Shown: positions 1 to 12,510 of the stretch, in pieces
Numbering within the stretch: position 1 is the first letter of the stretch
Layout of the letters: every line of letters starts with the position of its first letter
Assembly (NCBI GenBank): GCA_964016885.1
Contig: OZ024756.1
Coordinates: 11,160,001-11,224,000, forward strand
Source: Eledone cirrhosa
Lineage: Eukaryota
DNA: 64,000 nt
Direction of reading: 5' to 3'
The notes under the pieces: model-generated
The model's database searches: none
What the model saw: only the letters and a program-made list of their open reading frames with translations
Told to the model about the DNA's origin: nothing
Program-made: the position numbers and the translations under genes

Positions 1-1570
1 ATTTAGACCAAGTCAGTACTGAATCTGAGCTACTGATCTCCCATACAGGCCAGTGATCCCTGGTAGCAAGGGTTGGACTGGTCTATTTAGACCAAGTCAG
101 TACTGAATCTGAGCTACAGATCTCCCATACAGACCAGTGATCCCTGGTAGCAAGGGTTGGACTGGTCTATTTAGACCAAGTCAGTACTGAATCTGAGCTA
201 CTGATCTCCCATACAGGCCAGTGATCCCTGGTAGCAAGGGTTGGACTGGTCTATTTAGACCAAGTCAGTACTGAATCTGAGCTACTGATCTCCCATACAG
301 ACCAGTGATCCCTGGTAGCAAGGGTTGGACTGGTCTATTTAGACCAAGTCTGTACTGAATCTGAGCTACTGATCTCCCAGACAGGCCAGTGATCCCTGGT
401 AGCAAGGGTTGGACTGGTCTATTTAGACCAAGTCTGTACTGAATCTGAGCTACTGATCTCCCATACAGACCAGTGATCCCTGGTAGCAAGGGTTGGACTG
501 GTCTATTTAGACCAAGTCAGTACTGAATCTGAACTACTGATCTCCCAAACAGGCAAGTGATCCCTGGTAGCAAGGGTTGGACTGGTCTATTTAGACCAAG
601 TCAGTACTGAATCTGAGCTACTGATCTCCCATACAGGCCAGTGATCCCTGGTAGCAAGGGTTGGACTGGTCTATTTAGACCAAGCCAGTACTGAATCTGA
701 GCTACTGATCTCCCTGACAAGCCAGTGATCCCTGGTAGCAAGGGTTGGACTGGTCTATGTAGACCAAGTCAGTACTGAATCTGAGCTACTGATCTCCCAT
801 ACAGACCAGTGATCCCTGGTAGCAAGGGTTGGACTGGTCTATTTAGACCAAGTCAGTACTGAATCTGAGCTACTGATCTCCCATACAGGCCAGTGATCCC
901 TGGTAGCAAGGGTTGGACTGGTCTATTTAGACCAAGTCAGTACTGAATCTGAGCTACTGATCTCCCTGACAAGCCAGTGATCCCTGGTAGCAAGGGTTGG
1001 ACTGGTCTATGTAGACCAAGTCAGTACTGAATCTGAGCTACTAATCTCCCATACAGACAAGTGATCCCTGGTAGCAAGGGTTGGACTGGTCTATTTAGAC
1101 CAAGTCAGTACTGAATCTGAGCTACTGATCTCCCAGACAGGCCAGTGATCCCTGGTAGCAAGGGTTGGACTGGTCTATTTAGACCAAGTCAGTACTGAAT
1201 CTGAGCTACTGATCTCCCAGACAGGCCAGTGATCCCTGGTAGCAAGGGTTGGACTGGTCTATTTAGACCAAGTCAGTACTGAAGCTGAGCTACTGATCTC
1301 CCAGACAGACCAGTGATCCCTGGTAGCAAGGGTTGGACTGGTCTATTTAGACCAAGTCAGTACTGAAGCTGAGCTACTGATCTCCCAGACAGACCAGTGA
1401 TCCTTGGTAGCAAGGGTTGGACTGGTCTATTTAGACCAAGTCAGTACTGAATCTGAGCTACTGATCTCCCATACAGACCAGTGATCCCTGGTAGCAAGGG
1501 TTGGACTGGTCTATTTAGACCAAATCAGTACTGAATCTGAGCTACTGATCTCCCATACAGGCCAGTGATC
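1..1570. repeat. 84-bp tandem minisatellite, ~18.7 copies (runs off the window start)
   Basis: ATTTAGACCAAGTCAGTACTGA recurs at 1, 85, 421, 841, 1261; near-identical units; unit is homologous to a SINE-tail segment seen reverse-complemented at ~39030-39107. Confidence 0.97.
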
Positions 1571-1965
1571 TCTGTCTCACTTTATGTATGTCCAACGCTC
1601 TGCGAGAAGAGGTTGACATGTCTTTGACACAACAATCCTCCCGACCCTAGCAAGATTTCTATGGCTGGATGCCCTTCCTATCCTTAACTACTTCACTGGG
1701 TGTGTTTATCCTGTAACTCACCAAATAATATGGACTCTGTCATGTATAATGTGTAAATACACAGATATTAAACTCTGCAGTATTTAATCATCATTTCCTT
1801 TCTAAATATACACACAACATCAGAAGAAGAAAACATAGAAAGGTTTTTCATTCCACCTTGTTTTCTATTGTCTTCTCTTTGTTATCTATATATATGTATC
1901 TTTATATATATATATATATATATATATCTTTTATATATCTCTCTTTTATATATATATATATATAA

Positions 1966-2244
1966 AGTCTAAAGTCTGTCTTAAGCCAGAAGGCTCATTT
2001 GGCCAGTACTTATCCCGGTTTCATGGCGTGAAGTGACTAAGATTACAAGACTCCCCCCTGGACAGGATGCCAGTCCATCGCACGGTTAAACCTCCAGCTA
2101 TTACTGGTACTCATTTTCAACTGAGTATACTGAAGCAACGTGAAATGAAGTGTTTTGCTCAAGAACACAACACGCAACCCAGGAATCGAGCCCACGACAT
2201 TATGATCGTAAGTCCAACACTCTTACCACTATTCCACGTGCCTC

Positions 2245-2246
<2 letters not shown>
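1966..2246 (-). mobile_element. tRNA-derived SINE (variant related to family A)
   Basis: Minus strand starts TGGAGGCACGTGGAATAGTGG (A-box-like), has a B-box-like CTCGATTCC and TCTTGAGCAAAACACTTCATTTCAC core shared with family A, but a different 3' tail. Confidence 0.75.
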
Positions 2247-2289
<43 letters not shown>

Positions 2290-2292
<3 letters not shown>

Positions 2293-2462
2293 CACACTGT
2301 AAATGTGGTTGGTGTTAGGAAGGGCATCCAGCCGTAGAAAACCCGCCAGACAGTCCTATGCGAGCAAGACAACCACTCTTGCCTCAAGTGGGAAAACTCC
2401 CGTCCAAACGCATGCAAGCGTGGAATATGGACGTTAAACGATGATGACGACGACGGCGGCGG
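2290..2462 (+). mobile_element. RTE LINE 3' UTR fragment
   Basis: Matches 47237-47400 (3' UTR of the RTE ORF at 44991-47045); ends GGACGTTAAACGATGATGA. Confidence 0.85.
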
Positions 2463-2464
2463 CG

Positions 2465-2495
<31 letters not shown>

Positions 2496-2504
2496 CAAAT
2501 AGAC

Positions 2505-2536
<32 letters not shown>

Positions 2537-2771
2537 TAAAATAACAGATTAAAGTTTAAGCAAAGAATCGCTGCATTTTAGTCTTCAAATTTATTATTAT
2601 TACTATATATATATTAAAATAACAGATTAAATATTTGCTCTACGGTTCTTATATATTTGATATATATTTATCCTTATCGAGCCCTCTTTGGATTTTAGTC
2701 TTCGAATTTAATATTATTACTATATATATATATATATTAATAAATGGAAACTATATTTATAAAACTATATT

Positions 2772-2821
2772 TATTTTATTATATATATTTCAAGGGCAAC
2801 CAACTTTCATCAGATAAAATA
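2772..2821 (-). ncRNA. Minimal type I hammerhead ribozyme fold
   Basis: Minus strand TATTTTAT-CTGATGA-AAG...CTT-GAAA-TATAT-ATA-ATAAAATA; stem I TATTTTAT/ATAAAATA. Confidence 0.65.
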
Positions 2822-2994
2822 CAGATTTGTTTTATAAATAAATATTGACATACCCGGAAAAAAGACAACCTTAACGGTTGGAGCTTCCTGGATAGTGGAG
2901 ATAATATTTTATTGAGGGTAATACAAAGTTATGAGTGAGTATAGAAAACGTTATGTAAAGGAGATTAACCATATATTACATTTTATATATATAT

Positions 2995-3275
2995 CTAAAA
3001 GTTGGGTTTAAACGATGTTTACAAGAACTAAATAGATTATTACGCAAATTAATAGAGTTCTTACATTTTAGTATAAAGAATATTTCTTCAACGCAAAGGG
3101 AGCAGTTTTTGGATAGCTGTGTATGATGGAGCTTTGGAGATAATTTCCCAAGATAAAGAATAGTTAATATTCTTGGATTTTAAGTTCCATAATAAGTTGG
3201 ATAGAGAAGTTGAAGATTTTTTACCAATATTCGTAAAGGTACATTTATGGTTATTGAAACGGGTATGTATAAAAT
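2995..3275 (-). pseudogene. Penelope-like GIY-YIG endonuclease C-terminal fragment (frameshifted)
   Basis: TRFNNHKCTF...STSLSNLLWNLK...WEIISKAPSY, then in a shifted frame CSLCVEEIFFIL...INLRNNLFSSCKHR; matches the RxxNH / CxLC / NxRxEL-xSxCxH pattern of PLE endonucleases. Confidence 0.85.
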
Positions 3276-4466
3276 GTAATATATGGTTAATCTCCTTTAC
3301 ATAACGTTTTCTATATCCAACCACCTACAACTTCATCCCTCAGATTATATCTATATATGATTCATATATATTTAATTTACTTTCTATTATCCCTATGTCA
3401 TAAATTTCCTTTTATAATAATTATATTCTTAAGATAAATTTTTTAACTTTATAACATTTATGACTTCTTATAAAATAACCTATGGTTTATGTTTTAATTA
3501 TATTCTTAAGATAAATTTATGACTTCTTATAAAATAACATATGGTTTATGTTTTAATTATATTCTTAAGATGAATTTTTTAACTTTATAACATTTGACTT
3601 CTCATAAAAATTTTTTTTTTTTTTAAAGGTTTTTTTATGTATCCTTGGAGTCATTTGAGTCTTAAAAAATCACTTCTAACTTCCTTTATACTTCCTTACT
3701 GTTTTTATAATCTAATTAAGTAGTTATTCCTTTATAAATTTGGAATTATTTGGATGTTTAAGTTTTGACTTACAACTATTAATAAATATAATTTTGCCAA
3801 ACTTACTTTAATCAAATAAACTATACTAGATTTTCTCTAATGTAAAATACTATACATTTAAATAATTTATAATCCATAACATACACATCTAAACCAATAT
3901 ATTATTACTAATACATCTTAATATAATATAAATACTTCTGCTTTCATTTTAATTTTTAATTTTTAATTTTTAATTTTAATATTAAATTAAATTTTTAATA
4001 TTAAATTAAATTTTTAATATTAAAGTAAATTTTAATCTTTAATTTTGATTTTTAATTTTAATCTAATTTTTCAAATTTTTCAACTTATCATTATAAATAT
4101 TATAATCACAACGTAATGAACCCTACATTCTAAATATTATTCTTCCACGTTAATCTTATTTCTTCTTTCACTTAGATATATTTACGCTCTGATTATTTCC
4201 TCGTTCACTTTGACTATCTTCACTATCACTATGTATAATCGTTCTTGCTCCTTCCTTTTCTTCTCTCTCCCTTACGTATCCTCTTCTTCCAACAGTTTAA
4301 TTTAAATAAACCGTTATCTTTTCAACTTTTCGGACACTTATTTCCATACTCACTCATAACTTTGTATTACCCTCAATAAAATATTATCTCCACTATCCAG
4401 GAAGCTCCAACCGTTAAGGTTGTCTTTTTTCCGGGTATGTCAATATTTATTTATAAAACAAATCTG

Positions 4467-4532
4467 TATTTTATCTGATGAAAGCGCACCATAATTTGCC
4501 CTGGTTGCCCTTGAAATATATAACATAAAATA
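4467..4532 (+). ncRNA. Type I hammerhead ribozyme fold (slightly degenerate)
   Basis: TATTTTAT-CTGATGA-AAGCGCACC...GGTTGCCCTT-GAAA-TATATA-ACATAAAATA. Confidence 0.6.
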
Positions 4533-4749
4533 TATATGGTTTTATAAATATAGTTTTCATTTATTAATATATTGTGTATTTACTCCACTAACTTGTTGAG
4601 TGCTTTATATCAGTTATAAAAAATGTTAAGCTTGTTGAATCCCAACAAATTAAATATAACCTCTGCATATATATAGCTTTTAGATATATCTCTCTGGTAG
4701 AGAACATTAAGAACCCAGAGAAGATTATGAAGTAGGCAGGAAGCCGCTA

Positions 4750-5300
4750 GAGTTGGTTGAAGACTTCCTGTATCTGGGAGCAAAGATTGGAAACACAGAG
4801 GATGATGTGGTGGAGAGGAAGAGCAAAGCCTGGGTGGCATGTCACAGTTTGAGATCGGTCTGGAAGTCGGACCTTCGTAAAGACCTGAAAATGCGCCTCT
4901 TCATTGCTGTAGTGGAGTCTGTGCTGCTGTATGGGTCTGAGACGTGGACACTGACCAAGAAACTCACTCAGATGGTGGATGGGTGCTCCACGAGAATGTT
5001 GGGGATGGCTCTGAACATTAATCAGTATACACTGAGGATGAAGAACTCAGAGCTGTACGGGAACCTCCCAAAAGTCAGCTCAAAAGTAACACAGAGAAAA
5101 CTGAGGTTAACTGGACAGGCTCACCGACAACCAGAGTTGACACTGCACTCAGTGCTCCTGTGGGGGTCCCTGCACAGACACACTAGAAGAGGAAGACTGA
5201 GGTTGAGATTTATTGATCCCCTATGGACAGACACTGGTCTCTGGGAGATGCAGGACATGGCGGCGATGATGAGGGACAGAGACCACTAGAGAGAACTGGA
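4750..5300 (+). pseudogene. RTE-clade LINE 3' fragment (post-RT/thumb region)
   Basis: VEDFLYLG...VESVLLYGSETWTLTK...RLRLTG..RGRLRL typical of the RTE ORF C-terminus. Confidence 0.9.
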
Positions 5301-5786
5301 TCTCAGGAATTTTACCCACCCTAGATAATAGATATTTTTTTATTTTTCAATCTATCTAGTAGTGTTCGAAACGTTAAGACTCTTTTCCTATTATTTCAAA
5401 CATCAAACTAATATATTTCTTCATTGTACTGTGCTGTTTGCTTTTTTGTTTCTGCTTACTTTTTATGCATACACACACACACACACAATATATATATATA
5501 TATATATAAACTATAAATTTGAAGAACAGTCAGATAAAATTTACCCCAAATTTCTTCTTAGTCCATAGAAATGAATTACATAAATAAACATTTAAACGGA
5601 GCTAAGTTTAAAATAATATATATATATATGTTAATAAAGCTGACGGCCATATGTATGTAACAAACTTTTCGCCAGACGACTGGACCAAACGGCACCAAAT
5701 TTGCACTATAGATGTAACTTTTTCCAAGTAAGAAATTTCGTTTAAAGATTTTATTTAAAATTTTCAAATGTCAACACTTCCAGTTA

Positions 5787-6510
5787 TACGACATTCCTCT
5801 CTCTTAGTCTGTCTTTTTAGATAGATACATAGATATAACGTCGCGCCCTTATAATATGTCTCTGTATGTCTGGCTGTCTGCATTATGAAAACCATTCTGT
5901 ACATTGATTTCGCTATCTGTGTATATGTATATATATATAGTGTGTATATATATATATATATATCTTCGGTTTGCCTTTATCCTTCTATGTTGTTTACTTG
6001 TCTCACTCGCTTTACGCGACTCACTTGTCCCAATAGCTTTTTTTAGTTATTGCTCGCACCAACCTGAGGTATATGATTTTTAATGCGATGAAATATCAAT
6101 GATGGTTGGCAAATCACTGACGAGGGACTAATTTTATAATATGTAACCCATGTGCAACCACGCAGTATTTCTCTTTCTTCTCATGTTTTTTATATATATA
6201 TATATAGTGTGTATATATATAGTGTTAGTATCATAAATAAGAGAGTTTAATTTGTACATTTTATTACAGCATTCCTTTATATATACATACATAAACATGT
6301 TATATGCAGTTGTATAAAAAAGAAGTATAATTGTTTCTACTTTTGCAATTACCAGCAATTACCCAAAGTAGATTAGTGGTACTTTATTATATATAATATA
6401 TATAATACGACATTCCTCTCTCTTTCTTACTCTGTCTTTTTAGATAGATACATAGCTATAATGTCTCGCGCTTATAATATCTGTCTGTATGTCTGCCTGT
6501 CTGCATTGAC
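5787..6510. repeat. Dispersed ~100-bp direct duplication (5787-5885 and 6405-6508)
   Basis: ATACGACATTCCTCTCTC...TAGATAGATACATAG...TGTCTGCATT present twice. Confidence 0.7.
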
Positions 6511-6569
6511 TTCGTTTCTAACCAACTTTTAATTAATTATACATATATATATAATTATATATTCGTGTA

Positions 6570-8073
6570 CATATTTTCAACAGTAATACTATACTATATA
6601 TTTTCAACAGTAATACTGTACTGTACTATATATTTTCAACAGTAATACTATACCATATATTTTCAACAGTAATACTATACTATATATTTTCAACAGTAAT
6701 ACTATACTATATATTTTCAACAGTGATACTATACCATATATTTTCAACAGTAATACTATACTATATATTTTCAACAGTGATACTATACTATATATTATCA
6801 ACAGTAATACTATACTATATATTTTCAACAGTAATACTATACTATATATTTTCAACAGTTATACTATACTATATATTTTCAACAGTGATACTATACTGTA
6901 CTATATATTTTCAACAGTAATACTATACTATATATTTTCAACAGTAATACTATACTATATATTATCAACAGTAATACTATACCATATATTTTCAACAGTA
7001 ATACTATACCATATATTATCAACAGTGATACTATACTATATATTATCAACAGTAATACTATACTATATATTATCAACAGTAATACTATACCATATATTAT
7101 CAACAGTGATACTATACTATATATTATCAACAGTAATACTATACTATATATTTTCAACAGTTATACTATACTATATATTTTCAACAGTAATACTATACTA
7201 TATATTTTCAACAGTAATACTATACTATATATTTTCAACAGTTATACTATACTATATATTATCAACAGTAATACTATACTATATATTTTCAACAGTAATA
7301 CTATACTATGTATTTTCAACAGTAATACTGTACTGTACTATATATTTTCAACAGTAATACTATACCATATATTTTCAACAGTAATACTATACTATATATT
7401 TTCAACAGTAATACTATACTATATATTATCAACAGTAATACTATACTATATATTTTCAACAGTAATACTATACTATGTATTTTCAACAGTAATACTGTAC
7501 TGTACTATATATTTTCAACAGTAATACTATACCATATATTTTCAACAGTAATACTATACCATATATTTTCAACAGTAATACTATACTATATATTTTCAAC
7601 AGTAATACTATACTATATATTATCAACAGTAATACTATACTATATATTTTCAACAGTAATACTATACTATATATTATCAACAGTAATACTATACTATATA
7701 TTTTCAACAGTAATACTATACTATATATTTTCAACAGTTATACTATACTATATATTTTCAACAGTTATACTATACTATATATTTTCAACAGTTATACTAT
7801 ACTATATATTTTCAACAGTTATACTATACTATATATTTTCAACAGTTATACTATACTATATATTTTCAACAGTTATACTATACTATATATTTTCAACAGT
7901 TATACTATACTATATATTTTCAACAGTTATACTATACTATATATTTTCAACAGTTATACTATACTATATATTTTCAACAGTTATACTATACTATATATTT
8001 TCAACAGTTATACTATACTATATATTTTCAACAGTTATACTATACTATATATTTTCAACAGTTATACTATACT
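6570..8073. repeat. 27-bp tandem minisatellite (TTTTCAACAGTAATACTATACTATATA)n
   Basis: Direct reading; the ORF track shows 9-aa periodicity (YIFSTVILY). Confidence 0.97.
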
Positions 8074-8180
8074 ACACATACAGCTTATCGTCTGTTTATC
8101 CAAGCAAAGCTAGGTACGTCAACTATATATATATATATGGATGCCGTAGAAGATGCCAATGGTAGCCATGGGCCAGCTAG

Positions 8181-8218
<38 letters not shown>

Positions 8219-8219
8219 T

Positions 8220-8363
8220 ATTGTTATACTTTGGGAGGGTCATGTTGCCAATAAGAAACACACGCACCAGTTGCTTTCACTTCAATTTATTATATAAGTA
8301 TAACAATATCGGTTTCAACACACGATTTCAGATAAAGAATCTTGCTAAACAAATTCAGAAACG

Positions 8364-8366
<3 letters not shown>
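8220..8366. mobile_element. Small dispersed element in two oppositely oriented pieces (also at 25565-25945)
   Basis: TTGTTATACTTTGGGAGGGTCATG at 8221 and 25624, reverse complement at ~25918-25942; 8297-8364 is the reverse complement of ~25566-25633. Confidence 0.6.
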
Positions 8367-8422
<56 letters not shown>

Positions 8423-8429
8423 ATGAAAA

Positions 8430-8995
8430 CTCACGCTAAGAGTATTGCAATCGCTTGTCAGATTCACATGTGTGATGTTCGAATATGGCTTTTCAAGCCT
8501 GCCAGAGGCTTGCACTCCTTGGCACATTGATGACAACTCATCATCATCATCATCATCATTCATCGACTACTGTCGAGATGATGGATCTCACCCTCATGCC
8601 CCAGAATTCCCTGTCCCCCATCGCTGCCCCCAGGTCCCGTCCACCGATTCCCGCATCCCTAGAGATAACGTCAGGGAATGACAGCTTCCTACTCCTAGTC
8701 AGGCTGGAGTCAGGGTTCCAGAGCAAGAGAGCGGATATGATTTCATTGCTGACAACTACGGATCTCCCTGGCCTCAAGTCTTCCACCAGGTTGCCTGTGA
8801 ACCTTTACATGCCATTTCAGTCTTGCCACCAATCGACATTCTTTACCACATTCATTACATTTTTCAATACGGTGGAGATCATAGTTCACTGGTTCTCTTT
8901 GAACTTGACTCTGGCTCTTGAGACCAGATTTGCTCAAGGACACCCTCCCACACACAGGGCACACCAATTCAATGGAGACACCAATCGTTTCATGA
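8430..8995 (-). pseudogene. Degenerate RTE LINE 3' end(s) with C2H2 zinc-finger tail
   Basis: [16 protein letters not shown]...CNECGKECRLVARLKWHVKVH; homologous to 43020-43435 and to the C-terminus of the 55708-58008 ORF. Confidence 0.75.
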
Positions 8996-8996
8996 G

Positions 8997-9030
<34 letters not shown>

Positions 9031-9053
9031 GTATACATATATATATGTGTATA

Positions 9054-9115
<62 letters not shown>

Positions 9116-9151
9116 AAAAAAATCATATATATATATATATGTATACATATA

Positions 9152-9204
<53 letters not shown>

Positions 9205-9213
9205 AAAAAAATC

Positions 9214-9267
<54 letters not shown>

Positions 9268-9402
9268 TAGAAAGTGAGGGTTTTTTTACAAAATGAAAAA
9301 TAACCGAGGTGTCCTACACGAGTGAAAGTATAAAGAACAAGAGATGAAATCGAAAATGCAACTGGAGTCTTATTTAAAAAAATATATATATTTATTTGGT
9401 TC

Positions 9403-9438
9403 CTTTACCGGTTTCGCAGTTCTTCTGCTTTTCAAAAG
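9403..9438 (-). ncRNA. Minimal hammerhead-like fold with U3-A8 core variant
   Basis: Minus strand CTT-TTGAAAA-GCAG(AAGAA)CTGC-GAAA-CCG-GTA-AAG...AATAAA; stem I is only 3 bp. Confidence 0.45.
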
Positions 9439-9480
9439 TAGAGTTGAGATGGGGGGTCTGTGGGTTTTCTCTGAGAAAAT

Positions 9481-9661
9481 ATTTCATTATACATATTTCA
9501 GAGGTACTGAGCTATCTTCAACAGTACGTCCTCATCAGATAAAATAAGGTGAATTTTAACCATCTACTTAGTCAGGGTATGTCATGCATCATCTTATTTT
9601 ATCTGATGAGGACGTACTGTTGAAGATAGCTCAGTACCTCTGAAATATGTATAATAAAATA
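9481..9661. ncRNA. Inverted pair of hammerhead-containing arms (9481-9548 minus, 9593-9661 plus)
   Basis: Plus arm TATTTTAT-CTGATGA-GGACGTACTG...CAGTACCTCT-GAAA-TATGT-ATA-ATAAAATA; near-perfect reverse complement upstream. Confidence 0.7.
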
Positions 9662-9736
9662 TACTTGATCACACGAATGTCTATTTTTATTAATATTTTA
9701 AATTAATATATATTATATATATATATATATATATAT

Positions 9737-11118
9737 CATCATCATCATCTTCGTTTAACGTTCATCTTCCACGCTAGCATGGGTTAGATGGGAGTTGTCC
9801 CACTTGAGGCAAGGTTGGTCGGGTGACCATGTCTCGCTCATATAGGACTATTTGGCAGGCTTTCTACGGCTGGATGCCCTTCCTAACACCAACCACATTT
9901 ACAGTGTGGATCTGGGAACTTTTTACCGTGTTACCTACACGACCACATTACAGCGTGGACTGTGTGTATGTGTATTTTTTTTTGTTTTTGTTGTGACACC
10001 TACACGATCTCGATCTCATTATCTCATTTATTTCGACTGCATGTTGTGGTACCAAGGTGATCAAGTGGTTTTCACGTTTTTTGAAGTTTGTGTTACAGAT
10101 AGTTAGGTTATTGGCGTCACAGAATTCCAGGATTCTGAAGCTTTCCTCATTTCTATTTCCAACCCCATAGCCTCCATGGATTCCATCATAGCCATCACTA
10201 TGTTGTCCAACATGACCGTTTAGATCGCCAGCAATAATTAAGTAGTCGCTGTCAGTTATTTGGGAGGTAGTGTGCATTAGCGTCTCATAGAACCTGTCCT
10301 TTATAACTTCAGATAGACCAGATTGGGATGCGTAAGCGGATATTATTGTCACAGTAGTTCTATTTAGAACTAGTCTTATTTTAATTATTCTGTCATTTAC
10401 TCTATTTCGTCAATTACCTTATCTACCCATTTTTATGCTAACATAATTCCTACACCACCCTGTCCATTGTCATTTCCCACCCAGAAAAGTTTACAGCATC
10501 GTTTTTTTACCTACGATGAATCTGGCAGACCCCCCCCCCCCTCTCCACCTAGTCTCTTGAATACAACAAACATCAACTTCTTTACGTTCAAGCATCTCTA
10601 CAACCTCATTTGAGCGACCTTTCAATGTGCCTACGTTCATGGTACCAACTCTGAAGTCGGGAGGATGGGATGGATGGGTTGGAGGGGCAGGGAGGGGTGT
10701 GGGAGACGGAATTATGTTGGTCATTTGTGTCTGAAATAAAGAGGGGTCCTTGTATTCACGTCCTGCAGCAGGAGGTGAATTTATCTTTATCTGTGACATT
10801 GTCATTGAGTGCTTAGACTTTTCAAATCTCCACAGTCAACCCATCAAACAGGTCTAAACTTAAGGAGTAGTAACCGAGGTGGTAGCTTTGCTATACTGAT
10901 TTGTTAGAGAACTTACTATAAGCTGCTGAGTTATGATTGGACCATATAGCAATGGTGGTGTCTAAGGGGTGGGAAATGGGTAACTTTAGGAGAAGGTGAG
11001 TTTTTAGGAAAGGTCCAACAGAATGAGACAAATTATTAAAAACATGTAAGATATTAATTGAAAATCCGAGAGAAACAAACGGGGAATTTGAATTCTAGAC
11101 TAGCATACCTAAGAGTTT
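9737..11118 (-). mobile_element. Internally deleted RTE LINE: putative 5' UTR + AP endonuclease fragment fused to 3' UTR
   Basis: RVGTMNVGTLKGRSNEVVEMLERKEVDVCCIQETRW (in ORF 10491-10805) and TIISAYASQ..IIAGDLNGHVG..NTNFKKRENHLIT (to ~10060), joined directly to the RTE 3' UTR and (GAT)n tail. Confidence 0.85.
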
Positions 11119-11782
11119 CATCATCATCATCATCATCGTTTAACGTCCCTGTTCCACGCTTGCATGGGTTTGGACGGGGGTTTTCCCACTTGAGGCAAGA
11201 GTGGTTGTCTTGCTCGCATAGGACTGTCTGGCGGGTTTTTTACAGCTGGATGCCCTTCCTAACACCAACCACATTTACAGTGTGGGGCTGGGAGGTTTTT
11301 ACCGTGTTGCCTACACGGCCACATTACAGCGTGGACTGTCTGGCGTGTTTTCTACAGCTGGATGCCCTTCCTAACACCAACCACATTTACAGTGTGGGAC
11401 TGGGAGGTTTTTACCGTGTTGCCTACACGGCCACATTACAGCGTGGACTGTGTGTTTTTTTGTCGTGACACCTACACGATCTCGTTTGTTTCGGCCTGGA
11501 TGTTGTGGCACCAACATAACTTTGCATTGAAGGGGGGCGGTGTGGATGGGGTGGGACGGGGGTGTATTTTGTTAGAGATGCCTACTGACTAGTAGGTTTT
11601 ACTTTGTATTTAGGTAAGGCGGGTCTTCTCTGTTACTGAGTACCGCCAAAGGTCTCGGTCCAGTGACATTGTCTTGGAGAGGTGTAAGTGTGTGAGGTCG
11701 GAATTTATCAGCTCGTCCCAGGTTTTCCTGGGTCTGCCTACTCCGTGGCTACCATCTATCTTTATTGCCCTGCACTTTGTTA
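11119..11782 (-). mobile_element. RTE LINE 3' end (ORF end + 3' UTR with an internal duplication)
   Basis: Reverse complement of ~46860-47400; the GGACTGT...CATTACAGCGT block is duplicated. Confidence 0.9.
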
Positions 11783-11903
11783 TTTTATATATATATATAC
11801 TTGAAGGTGGCTGACTGAACTAGAAACTGCTAAATATGTGGCCCCCTTCTTGTCTCTCTGCCTTTTCAGCCCCATGGATTATATTCCTTTTGTTAAATTT
11901 CGA

Positions 11904-11967
11904 ATACCTGATGATGTCACCGGATTCATACTGAACCCTGTCATTGAAATGTTCATAGTATAATAAA
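11904..11967 (+). ncRNA. Type I hammerhead ribozyme fold followed by AATAAA
   Basis: ATAC-CTGATGA(11908)-stem II incl. GGATTCA/TGAACC-GAAA(11946)-TG TT CA-TA-GTAT-AATAAA. Confidence 0.6.
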
Positions 11968-12164
11968 CCTTTAAGGAATTACACCAGTCCAGCCTCCTGT
12001 TATTTTATAATTTGTCTTCTTATCAATATGTCTTGCCAACGATTGTGACCTATTACACACTCTCTCTCTCACCCCCTCTCTCTCTCTCTCTCTCACTTTC
12101 TCTCTCTCTTTCTCTCTCACTTTCTCTCTCTCTCTCTTTCTCTCTCACTTTCTCTCTCTCTTTC

Positions 12165-12468
12165 TCTGTAAAGTTATGTTGGTACCACAACATCCAGTCC
12201 TAAATAAATGAGGTCGTGTAGGTGTCACGACAAAAAAAAACACACAGTCCACGCTGTAATGTGGCCGTGTAGGTAACACGGTAAAAACCTCCCAGTCCAC
12301 ACTGTAAACGTGGTTGGTGTTAGGAAGGGCATCCAACCGTAGAAAACCCGCCAGACAGTCCTATGCGAGCAAGACAACCACTCTTGCCTCAAGTGGGAAA
12401 ACTCCCGTCCAAACCCATGCAAGCGTGGAAGATGGACGTTAAACGATGATGATGATGATGATGATGAT

Positions 12469-12470
<2 letters not shown>
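12165..12470 (+). mobile_element. RTE LINE 3' UTR copy
   Basis: Matches 47103-47400. Confidence 0.85.

Positions 12471-12510
<40 letters not shown>

Larger units (their letters stand above)
2735..4570. mobile_element. Penelope-like element remnant with inverted pLTR arms
   Basis: 2735-2942 is the reverse complement of ~4346-4570, and 2942-2987 of ~3268-3317; it encloses a GIY-YIG C-terminal fragment and each arm carries a hammerhead fold. Confidence 0.85.
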
